A stretch of 64,000 nt of DNA from an uncultured delta proteobacterium (GTDB lineage Bacteria; Desulfobacterota; Binatia; Binatales; Binataceae), in NCBI GenBank assembly GCA_963842085.1, contig CAWJET010000002.1, positions 128,001 through 192,000 of the forward strand, given 5' to 3'. The translations under genes and the position numbers were made by a program. The notes under the pieces were generated by a model. That model made no database searches. It had not been told where the DNA came from and saw only the letters and a list, made by a program, of their open reading frames with translations. Positions 55,935-64,000 of this stretch are shown here, in pieces (the stretch's first letter is position 1; every line of letters begins with the position of its first letter).

Positions 55935-58511
55935 CTATTTCTCCTGCTTGAGGCGGGCGGCTAGGCGCGCCAAGGCGTTCAGCGCGTCCATCGGGGTCAT
56001 TCGCTCGACGTCGAGCGAGAGCAGTTCATCGATGACGCGTTCGTCCCGCGGCGAGAACAAACCAAGCTGAGGAGGCGGGGTCGTGGCGCGGCGGTCGCGG
56101 GCGATTCGCGGCATCCCGGCTTCGTCCAGTTCGCCCTGCTCGAGGTTGGCAAGAATTTCGCGCGCGCGGCTGATGATCGAATCGGGCAGGCCTGCCAGGC
56201 GCGCCACTTCGATGCCGTAACTTCGCGACGACGGCTGCTCGATAACGCGGCGCAGGAAAATCACCTCGTCGCCCCATTCGCGCACCGCCATGCTCAAATT
56301 CCTGACCCGCGGACGCTCGCGCGCGAGATCGGTCAGTTCGTGGAAGTGGGTTGCGAACAGCACCTTGGCGCGCGTCTGATCGTGCAGGTACTCGGCCACC
56401 GCCCACGCGATCGCGAGCCCGTCAAAGGTGCTGGTGCCGCGGCCGACCTCGTCGAGCAGCAGCAGGCTGCGCTCCGAAAGCCCCTCGAGCAGGCGCGCCG
56501 TCTCGCTCATCTCGACCATGAAGGTGGACTCGCCGCGACGAAGTTCGTCGCGCGCGCCGATTCGCGTCAGCACGCGATCGATTAGCCCGATGGTCGCCTC
56601 GGCGGCGGGAACGAAGCTGCCGATTTGCGCCATGATCGCAATCAGCGCGACCTGGCGCAGGTAGGTCGATTTGCCGGCCATGTTGGGTCCGGTGATCAGC
56701 AGGATTTGGCGCGTTTCGGGCTCCGCGTCGAGGTCGTTGGGCACGAACTCGCCCGAGCGCATCCCGGCTTCGAGCACCGGATGGCGTCCGTCGCGCACGC
56801 GAAACCGCAGGCCGGTGTTGATGGTTGGGCGCACATAGCCGCGATGCCGCGCGACTTTCGCCAGCGACATGATCGCGTCGAATTCGCCCACGGCGCGAGC
56901 GGTTTCGAGGATCGTGCCGGCGTGCGTCTGCAAGTCGCGCAGCAGCTTGGTGAAGATCTGGAGTTCGAGTTCCTTGAGCGCCGATTCCGCCGTCAGGATT
57001 TTGCGCTCGAGCTCCTTGAGCGCGGGCGTGGTGAAGCGCTCGGCGCTGATCAGCGTTTGCTTGCGCTCATAGTCGGCGGGCACGCGCTCGAGGTTGGGCT
57101 TGGTGACCTCGATGTAATAGCCGAAGATATTGTTGTAGCGGACCTTGAGCGACGGAATTCCAGTGCGCTCGCGCTCGGTCGCTTCCAGCTTTGCGATCAC
57201 GCCGCGCGCGCCCGACGCCAGGCTGCGCAACTCGTCGACCTCAGCGCTGAGCCCCGCGCGAATTACGTTACCGTCGCGCGGATTGACGGGAGGCTCGTCG
57301 GACAGCGTCGCCGCGATTTGCGCCACAATCGTGGGCATCGGCGACATCCGCGCGGCGTGCTCGCGGATAAGTGGACTCTTGAGCGCGCCCATCGCTTGCT
57401 TGAGTGAGTCCGCGGCGCGGAGCGCGTCGCCCAGGCGCAGACAGTCGCGCGGCGACGCGCGCATCGCGCCGATTCGTCCCGCGAGCCGCTCGAGATCGCC
57501 GATTCGCTTCAGGGATTCGGCGAGCGCGCCGCCCAGGTCCGCATCGAAGAGTTCTTCCACCGCGTCGTGGCGCACGCGGATCGCGTCGAGTGCGAGCAGC
57601 GGGTAGGTGATCCAGTTGGCGAGCGTGCGCGCGCCGACCGCGGTCAAGGTCTCGTCGAGGATGGAGAGCAACGAGCCCTTGCGGGCGCCGTCGGTCGAGG
57701 CGATCAGCTCGAGATGACGCCGCGTGGTCTCGTCCACCAGCATGTACTCGGCGATGCGGTAAAGACGCGGCGCCGCGATATGCGCGAGGTCGTGGCCGAA
57801 AGTGTCCTCGACATAGAGCAGCGCCATTCCCGCGGCATGCACGATCGATTCGTGGAGCTCCGCGGATGCCGTCGCGAAACGATTCGAGAATGCCGCCGTG
57901 GCGCGCTCGACGCTGAACGATTCGTGATCGAGCGTCGTCACGGGACAGTTCAAATCGCTCAGGAGTTTGCCCAACTCGCCGTCATTCCCGGCTACCACGA
58001 TTTCGCGCGGCGCGATTCGCGCGATTTCCTCGCGCAGTGCGGAGGCCTCGCGCGCCTGGGTGGCGAGAAATTCGCCGGTCGAGACGTCGAGCGCCACCAG
58101 CGCGAACCCGGTGGCTTCGGCGCCCGTGACAGCGACCAGGTAACTCTTCTCCGCCGCGGTCAGCACCATCTCTTCGCCGACGGTGCCGGGCGTGATCACG
58201 CGGACGATTTGCCGCGGCATCAGCTTGGGCGTCTTGGGGTCGGGCGTGCCTTGCTCGCAGATCGCGACTTTGTGGCCGGCCTTCAGCAGCTTGGCGATGT
58301 ACGGTTCCGCGGAATGGTAGGGCACGCCGCACAGCGGCACGCCGTCCTTGTTGCGCGAGGTGAGCTGGATGTCGAGCACGCGCGCGCCGACTTCGGCATC
58401 CTCGAAGAACATCTCGTAGAAGTCGCCGAGGCGGAAGAACAGGATCGCGTCGGGAACGCGCTGCTTGACGCTGAGGTATTGCGCGATGAGGGGTGTTTGC
58501 TTGACTGCCAC
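55935..58511 (-). CDS. mutS: DNA mismatch repair protein MutS
   Basis: FFRLGDFYEMF, TGPNMAGKST, STFMVEM, DEVGRGTST, ATHFHEL, SYGIEVA. Confidence 0.97.
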   Translation of the reverse strand: MAVKQTPLIAQYLSVKQRVPDAILFFRLGDFYEMFFEDAEVGARVLDIQLTSRNKDGVPLCGVPYHSAEPYIAKLLKAGHKVAICEQGTPDPKTPKLMPRQIVRVITPGTVGEEMVLTAAEKSYLVAVTGAEATGFALVALDVSTGEFLATQAREASALREEIARIAPREIVVAGNDGELGKLLSDLNCPVTTLDHESFSVERATAAFSNRFATASAELHESIVHAAGMALLYVEDTFGHDLAHIAAPRLYRIAEYMLVDETTRRHLELIASTDGARKGSLLSILDETLTAVGARTLANWITYPLLALDAIRVRHDAVEELFDADLGGALAESLKRIGDLERLAGRIGAMRASPRDCLRLGDALRAADSLKQAMGALKSPLIREHAARMSPMPTIVAQIAATLSDEPPVNPRDGNVIRAGLSAEVDELRSLASGARGVIAKLEATERERTGIPSLKVRYNNIFGYYIEVTKPNLERVPADYERKQTLISAERFTTPALKELERKILTAESALKELELQIFTKLLRDLQTHAGTILETARAVGEFDAIMSLAKVARHRGYVRPTINTGLRFRVRDGRHPVLEAGMRSGEFVPNDLDAEPETRQILLITGPNMAGKSTYLRQVALIAIMAQIGSFVPAAEATIGLIDRVLTRIGARDELRRGESTFMVEMSETARLLEGLSERSLLLLDEVGRGTSTFDGLAIAWAVAEYLHDQTRAKVLFATHFHELTDLARERPRVRNLSMAVREWGDEVIFLRRVIEQPSSRSYGIEVARLAGLPDSIISRAREILANLEQGELDEAGMPRIARDRRATTPPPQLGLFSPRDERVIDELLSLDVERMTPMDALNALARLAARLKQEK

Positions 58512-58749
58512 TGACGCGATTGCGAACCACAATAGCCGTGGCTGACGAAATGGGCAAAACAGCATGCGCGGCGCGTTGGTCGCGGGCGCAATAGCAAGAG
58601 GCGGGCAGCGGTTTTCGCTTTGCCGAATGCGTCTCGATTTACTAGAGTTCGAGTGTTAGTCAGGCCTTATACCGATCGCCTTGTCCGATTCCGCGGAGCA
58701 GCTTCGCGGCGGCGCATAGCGACACATCAGCGACAGGAGATTAGGAAAA

Positions 58750-60264
58750 ATGGCATCAGCATCAGCGTCATTGGAATCGGCGACTCGCGGCGCCAAGTCG
58801 AGCGCAGCGCTTGAGTTCCTCAAGAGCTCGCCCAAGAAACTTCTTATCAACGGCAAATGGGTGCCGTCGAAGTCAGGCAAAACATTCGAGACCCTCAACC
58901 CGGCCAACGAGCAGGTGCTGGCGCTCGTCGCCGAGGGCGACAAGGCCGACGTGGACGAGGCGGTCAAGCACGCGCGCAAGGCCTTCGAGGAAGGAAAATG
59001 GCCGACGCTGAGCCCGCATGCGCGCACGCACTTCCTGCTGAAGATCGCGGAGCTGATCGACAAGCATGCCGACGAGCTAGCCGAGCTCGAGACGCTCGAC
59101 AACGGCAAGCCGCTGTTCGAGTCCAAGAACATCGACATCCCCGGCGCGGCCGAGACCTTTCGCTACTACGCGGGCTTCGCCACCAAGATTTACGGCGAGA
59201 CCAACCCGTCGGATCCTTCGACGTTCAACTACACGCTGCGCGAGCCGGTCGGCGTGTGCGGACAGATCATCCCGTGGAATTTTCCGCTGCTGATGGCGTC
59301 GTGGAAGATTGCGCCGGCGCTTGCGTGCGGCAACGTCGTCATCCTGAAGCCTGCGGAGCAGACTCCGCTAACGGCGATTCGCCTCGGCGAGCTTATCTGC
59401 GAGGCCGGCCTGCCGGAAGGCGTCGTGCAAATCATCACGGGCTTCGGCCCCGGCGCGGGCAGCTCGATCGCGGAGCATCCCGATATCGACAAGGTCGCGT
59501 TCACCGGTTCGACCGAGGTCGGCAAGTTGATCCTGCAGGCGTCGACCGGCAACCTGAAGCGGGTATCGCTCGAGCTCGGCGGCAAGTCGCCCAACATCAT
59601 TTTCCCCGACGCTGACATGCCGGCGGCGGTGTTCGGCTCTGCGCTCGGCATCTTCATGAACCAGGGACAGGTCTGCTGCGCCGGCTCGCGCGTGTTCGTG
59701 CAAGAGAGCGTGTACGACCAGTTCACCGATTCGCTGTCGCAGATGGCCAAGGGCCTGACGCTCGGCAATCCGCTGGATCCGAACACCCGCATGGGTCCGC
59801 TGGTTTCCAAGGAGCAGCACGATCGCGTCAAGGGCTATCTGAAAGCCGGCAAGGCGGAGGGCGCCAAGGCCAAGACGGGCGGGGAACCGGGTAAGCAGGA
59901 GTCCGGCTACTTCATCGAGCCGACGGTTTTCACCGGCGTGAACAACCAGATGAAGATCGCGCGCGAGGAGATCTTCGGGCCGGTCGCGTCGGCGATCCCG
60001 TTCAAGGACGAGACCGATGTCGTCATTCAGGGCAATGACACGACGTACGGCTTGGCTGCCGGCGTATGGACCAAGGACATCAACCGTGCGCTCACGGTCG
60101 CGCGCAGGCTCAAGGCCGGCACGGTCTGGATCAACACCTACGGCATGATCGATCCGATGTCTCCGTTCGGCGGCTACAAGCAGTCGGGCTTCGGCCGCGA
60201 GCTGGGCAAGTACGCGATCGAGCTGTACACGCAGATCAAGTCGGTTTACGCGAAGATCGGCTAG
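58750..60264 (+). CDS. Aldehyde dehydrogenase
   Basis: IIPWNFP, FTGSTEVG, LELGGKSP, GQVCCAGSR, EEIFGPV, PFGGYKQSG.GRE. Confidence 0.95.
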   Translation: MASASASLESATRGAKSSAALEFLKSSPKKLLINGKWVPSKSGKTFETLNPANEQVLALVAEGDKADVDEAVKHARKAFEEGKWPTLSPHARTHFLLKIAELIDKHADELAELETLDNGKPLFESKNIDIPGAAETFRYYAGFATKIYGETNPSDPSTFNYTLREPVGVCGQIIPWNFPLLMASWKIAPALACGNVVILKPAEQTPLTAIRLGELICEAGLPEGVVQIITGFGPGAGSSIAEHPDIDKVAFTGSTEVGKLILQASTGNLKRVSLELGGKSPNIIFPDADMPAAVFGSALGIFMNQGQVCCAGSRVFVQESVYDQFTDSLSQMAKGLTLGNPLDPNTRMGPLVSKEQHDRVKGYLKAGKAEGAKAKTGGEPGKQESGYFIEPTVFTGVNNQMKIAREEIFGPVASAIPFKDETDVVIQGNDTTYGLAAGVWTKDINRALTVARRLKAGTVWINTYGMIDPMSPFGGYKQSGFGRELGKYAIELYTQIKSVYAKIG

Positions 60265-60290
60265 TTTCGACAGCACTTCGACTCGCAGGC

Positions 60291-60320
60291 AAGGGCGTCC
60301 AACCGGGCGCCCTTTCTTTT
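60291..60320 (+). terminator. Rho-independent terminator
   Basis: aagggcgtcc-aacc-gggcgccctt hairpin followed by TCTTTT after the ALDH stop. Confidence 0.75.
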
Positions 60321-60580
60321 GCCAGCTCGTGGACCGATGCTCCGCGCTCCGGAGATATGTGAAAAAATCACGTTTGAAGGGCCTAAACATGTTTCGCTTT
60401 ACCCGTCGATTCCCTATTATTGGCGGCACTGAAACAACGGGTGGTTGATGGCATGCCGCACTTGATCGATTGCGGCGCACGTCTTACGGCGTGAAGACGA
60501 GCCGTCCTGGGGGACGGCAGTAAGTTGGGTGGTGTGAAATCGGCGTCGCCGGGAGTCCGACGGCGCGGCGGGGTTCACTG

Positions 60581-61345
60581 ATGGCGGCCGAGAAGAACGA
60601 CGATCCGATCGAGGCGATGATCTTGTCGCGAGCGTCTCGTCGCACGCATCCGGCGACCGACCCCGCAAGTCTGGTCGAGACCCCTGACGAACACCCGGCT
60701 GCCGAAGAGCAGCCTCCGGCAGAAAGGCCCCGGCCCGAACCACGCGAGCCTCAATCTCCTCCGCTGCGTCCGCCGCCGCATTCGGCACTCGCAGCGCGGC
60801 TTGAAGTTCGTCCGATAGGTACGCCGATGGGCTTGCGCGAGCTGGCCGCGCTCCACAAGCGAACCTGGAAGATGCTGAACGTGCAGGAAAAGAGGGTGCA
60901 CGTGCTGCTATGGCCGCTCGCGATCCATTTTGGCCTGTACGAGGTGAGCCCGGGGAGCGAGCGGCGCCGGCCACCGCTGATTGGCGCATTCTGGGCGCGA
61001 TGCCTGGCGGACGCGCCGCTGACGCTGGGCCATCTGTATCCCGCGCAGTTGTTCAAGGGGATGCTCGCCTCGGAAGTGTTCGAGTTCGGCGGGATGGTGA
61101 TCGACCCGAACTACCAGGGCAAGGGCCTGGTCAAGATGATGTCGGACACGGCGCGATTGTTTGTTTTCTCGCGCCGCCCCAAGCTGCTGATCACGAATCC
61201 GGTCGAGCCGCTTTACGAGATGTACAAACAGCTCGGGCTCAAAACGGTGGGCCGCGAGCCGGTCGAGCATCCGCATGCCTTCAACGTGAAGGTGTGGCTG
61301 ATGTACGGCAGATTCGACGAGATGTCGAAGCCATACTTCATGTAG
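60581..61345 (+). CDS. Hypothetical protein: Pro-rich N-terminus plus GNAT/acyl-synthase-like domain
   Basis: EFGGMVIDPNYQGKGL (GNAT motif A), ITNPVEPLYEMYKQLGL (motif B-like). Confidence 0.6.
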   Translation: MAAEKNDDPIEAMILSRASRRTHPATDPASLVETPDEHPAAEEQPPAERPRPEPREPQSPPLRPPPHSALAARLEVRPIGTPMGLRELAALHKRTWKMLNVQEKRVHVLLWPLAIHFGLYEVSPGSERRRPPLIGAFWARCLADAPLTLGHLYPAQLFKGMLASEVFEFGGMVIDPNYQGKGLVKMMSDTARLFVFSRRPKLLITNPVEPLYEMYKQLGLKTVGREPVEHPHAFNVKVWLMYGRFDEMSKPYFM

Positions 61346-61411
61346 GATTTTACTACACCTACGATTTCGCCTTGTGCTCCGGTTTGCTGCCTGATGAGGC
61401 GGCAATCGCGC

Positions 61412-62110
61412 TCATAACTCGAAGGCGCGAATATCTATCAGTATGTGGGCAAGAACGCAGGCCGGCAGGTTTCGGCGCCAGAGATAGAGCGCGACGAACA
61501 GCAGCAGTATTGGGCCTTTTATCAGCATACCATACAGTCCCCAAACCGGCGCGTGGACCAGCACGTTGACGATAAACGGCACTGATGCGCCTAACATCTT
61601 GCTCCCTGTCAGTTCTTCGATTCGCTCGATCGCATAGCCACGAAAGCCGACCTCTTCAGCGATTCCGTTAGCTAGCAGCCCCGATAGATCAAGCCACTTC
61701 GGCAACGAAGCATACATAGCGCCGCCTACCGTCAACTCCACTGCAAGGGCCGGTATTCTATCCGCCATCGAGAGCAGGCGTGGACTGATTTGAAGATAGG
61801 CTAACAATACTAATATCGCACTTAACAAATCCCCCAAGGAGGGAGCGCGGATCCCGATCGATGCGAGTGGCCTCCGTTCCCAACAGACGACCAGTAAGGG
61901 CAGGGCGATGGTCACCGCTATCTTGAAGACCAGACCGATAGACTCCCAAGCAGAAATCCAGGATAGCCCCCAGACTTTCATAATCAGGTGAAGAAAAGGT
62001 TCCCTGTAAGGAGGTATAGGAAGAAGCAAAGCTATAGCAAGGCCTACCAGCGTGGCGGGACTCAACGCCTCGCTGGAGGATCTCGATCTTTCTTGAGCAG
62101 GCAGAATCAA
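61412..62110 (-). CDS. CPBP/CAAX (Abi) intramembrane glutamic protease, immunity-like
   Basis: EEVGFRGY, LVH, RRNL...LAH..D; multiple TMs; lower GC. Confidence 0.85.
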   Translation of the reverse strand: MILPAQERSRSSSEALSPATLVGLAIALLLPIPPYREPFLHLIMKVWGLSWISAWESIGLVFKIAVTIALPLLVVCWERRPLASIGIRAPSLGDLLSAILVLLAYLQISPRLLSMADRIPALAVELTVGGAMYASLPKWLDLSGLLANGIAEEVGFRGYAIERIEELTGSKMLGASVPFIVNVLVHAPVWGLYGMLIKGPILLLFVALYLWRRNLPACVLAHILIDIRAFEL

Positions 62111-62461
62111 CCCTAACTATATCTCCCTTGACCGAATTGTCTGACTATACCGTCTACGGCGTCTTAATTTTTTGGATTTCCACGGTGTGTTCGCGACTCG
62201 TATTACCCCGCGGCACTTGGCACATAATCAACCCGGACCGATCGTTCCGATCAAGTTTAGGCTAGCACATGCTGTGAACAGTAGCGTTGGTCAGACCATG
62301 CCGGCTGATCAACCCTCGCGTACAAGGACCGGTACTATGATGGCGAGCGATTGCGAGGCACACTTAAGAGGCCGTAAAACTCTTCTCTGGCGGTCCAAGA
62401 ACCTTCCTTCCAAGCGCGGCGTCAAGTCTATCCTGAGGTCGCGCCTGCACAAATGACGCCA

Positions 62462-63256
62462 TCAACATGGGACGTTATTACCGTCATCCAGTTGACCTCG
62501 GACACCGGTAGTGTTTCGGGGAGTATTTACCTTGTGCCCGCCCGGATTAATGACATTATCTATAATCCATTGTTTAAACTGTTCCCAGTTAGAGGGAGAA
62601 GGAGGACTTGGTGGCGCAGGCGTCGGTGTCGGCGTACTTGTCGGTGTCGACGTAAAGTCCTGACCAAGGCCCAGCGGGCGAGCGCTGGAGGGTTGCGGGT
62701 CCCCGCATATCTTTAGACCCGCGGACCCCATGGTCGGAATCAGCCCGTCGGAGACACCCAGTATGACCGGATACAGCGGGTGGCGGCCGTGGAGCAACTG
62801 GCGCGGTGTTGGCGGGGCGCTGCTGCCGCCGCCAAAGAGGTCCTCGAAAAAGCTGACTGCGGCGCCGATAGCGCCGCCTATCACCGCACCCGCAAACCAG
62901 CCGGGTGGTCCGAATTCACTTAAGGCGAGCGACCCCGCGAGAGCACCTGCGGCGGCGCCCCCTCCTATGTCTTCGGCGCCCGTCGCATAGTTTGCAGGGC
63001 TAAAGAACCCCGGTGCCGGCGCGCCGGAGGGCGCGGCATCTGCGGACTGTAGAACTGACCGCTGCCGGTATAGTAGTACGGCGCGTCGAGAGGTTCCTGC
63101 TCCATGCCGCCATACAGGAACGGCCAAAGGGTCGTAGCGCCGCTCAGCGTCCGCGTCCCCGACGGATCGTAGGTGTATGTCGTCGCCGGCTGCGACTGAG
63201 TCGAGGCTGCATTGACCAGCGCGATGGTCGAGCCCGACGCATCGATCAGCGGCACT
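62462..63256 (-). pseudogene. Orphan RHS-core fragment with hydrophobic Gly-zipper segment and C-terminal tip (frameshifted)
   Basis: DASGSTIALV...YTYDPSG...PFLYGGMEQE...YY..GQFYSP (ORF 62965..63492) switches frame near 63035 into ORF 62462..63127. Confidence 0.65.
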
Positions 63257-63629
63257 ATTTCGGCTTCAATCGCGTATCGTCGCTGGAGATGCACTTTGAA
63301 CCTAAGGCGGCCAAGCCGAACGTCCGCTGCACTGTGCTGCTCTGTGAAGGCATCTCCTCGACGCCCGAAGGCGCGTCGGCCAGCAATCTCTTCCTTACGT
63401 CGGCAATAGTTTCTGAGCGGTAGTCTTCGCAATCGGCCCTCGTCGGGAATGCCCCCGATTCGCCTACCTTCTCTCCTCTCATAGCCTGCCACTGGCTAAT
63501 CGGAGCAGTCAGGTCGGGTCCAATTAGTGGTATTCCCGAACGCTCTGCCTGCGGCGGGAACATGAGGAACCACGACAGAAGGAGCGGCAAGGAGTGAACA
63601 CTTAGCGATGTGTGGCCGCATGCGTTCAT
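63255..63629 (-). CDS. Small hypothetical exported protein with Cys pair
   Basis: Hydrophobic LPLLLSWFLMFPP, APISQW, F.TRADCE, CISSDDTRLK. Confidence 0.55.
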   Translation of the reverse strand: MNACGHTSLSVHSLPLLLSWFLMFPPQAERSGIPLIGPDLTAPISQWQAMRGEKVGESGAFPTRADCEDYRSETIADVRKRLLADAPSGVEEMPSQSSTVQRTFGLAALGSKCISSDDTRLKPK

Positions 63630-63635
63630 GGTGGC

Positions 63636-64000
63636 CTAGGGTTCAGAACGTCGCGTCAGCCTTAACCGATCGAGTGGCACCATAACCGTTCTCTCCTTCT
63701 CGCTTTCATGGTCGATAATTCTCAGGACGAGTTTGATATCAAAGGGAGGCGAAATCTTCGCGTCAATTTTGCCGATCTCGACAAAGTTATTGAAATAGCG
63801 TGCACCCTCGGCTTCGAAAGCCGACGATTCGACTATCGCGTCAGCCTTCAATTGGGAGCGTCCGCCGTCCGCGTTGTCCACGCTGACGTTCCACTGAAAA
63901 GGCACCTTCATGCTCAGAATCACAGCGCCAACAGTGTCGAGCGTGAAGCCATTGATGCCCTCAGTGGAGCGCAGCTCGATCTGCGGCGCAGTGACACCGT
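63636..64000 (-). CDS. Hypothetical protein (5'-partial; immunity-like position)
   Basis: Frame of ORF 63636..63923 stays open to the window edge (GVTAPQIELRSTEGINGFTLDTVGAVILSMKV...). Confidence 0.5.
   Translation of the reverse strand, partial: GVTAPQIELRSTEGINGFTLDTVGAVILSMKVPFQWNVSVDNADGGRSQLKADAIVESSAFEAEGARYFNNFVEIGKIDAKISPPFDIKLVLRIIDHESEKERTVMVPLDRLRLTRRSEP

Noticed and set aside
60358-60372. CRP/FNR/Rex-like box TGTGA-AAAAA-TCACG
   Set aside because: Spacer is 5 nt, not the 6 nt needed for CRP; cannot be assigned to a regulator.
62172-62716. Plus-strand ORFs 62172..62456 and 62453..62716
   Set aside because: Opposite to the cassette orientation, no motifs, and the second overlaps the RHS tip antisense.

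Overview
GC-rich bacterial chromosomal window. The gene content and style suggest a deltaproteobacteria-like lineage such as Ca. Binatota, which is an inference only. Most of it is housekeeping: murF, purE, rodZ-like, an arn (L-Ara4N) cluster, serA-purA, leuS, a heterodimeric ABC exporter, mrp, dnaB, scpAB, xerD, glnD, amiC, mutS and lipid/CoA catabolism genes. Three near-consensus parS sites suggest the window is origin-proximal. There are two accessory regions. (i) The left end is the distal part of a contractile-phage-tail module. It ends in a large signal-peptide-bearing, tailspike-like protein and abuts murF with no integrase, att site or lysis genes. (ii) The right end is a lower-GC, degraded RHS/polymorphic-toxin-like cassette region with a non-canonical core-to-tip architecture and a CAAX/Abi immunity-like gene. 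Also present: a hicB-hicA toxin-antitoxin pair, several REP-like palindromes, two candidate structured 5' leaders, a LeuRS with a deviant HIGH motif, and three frame disruptions (possible pseudogenes or assembly errors). No rRNA, tRNA or CRISPR array was detected.
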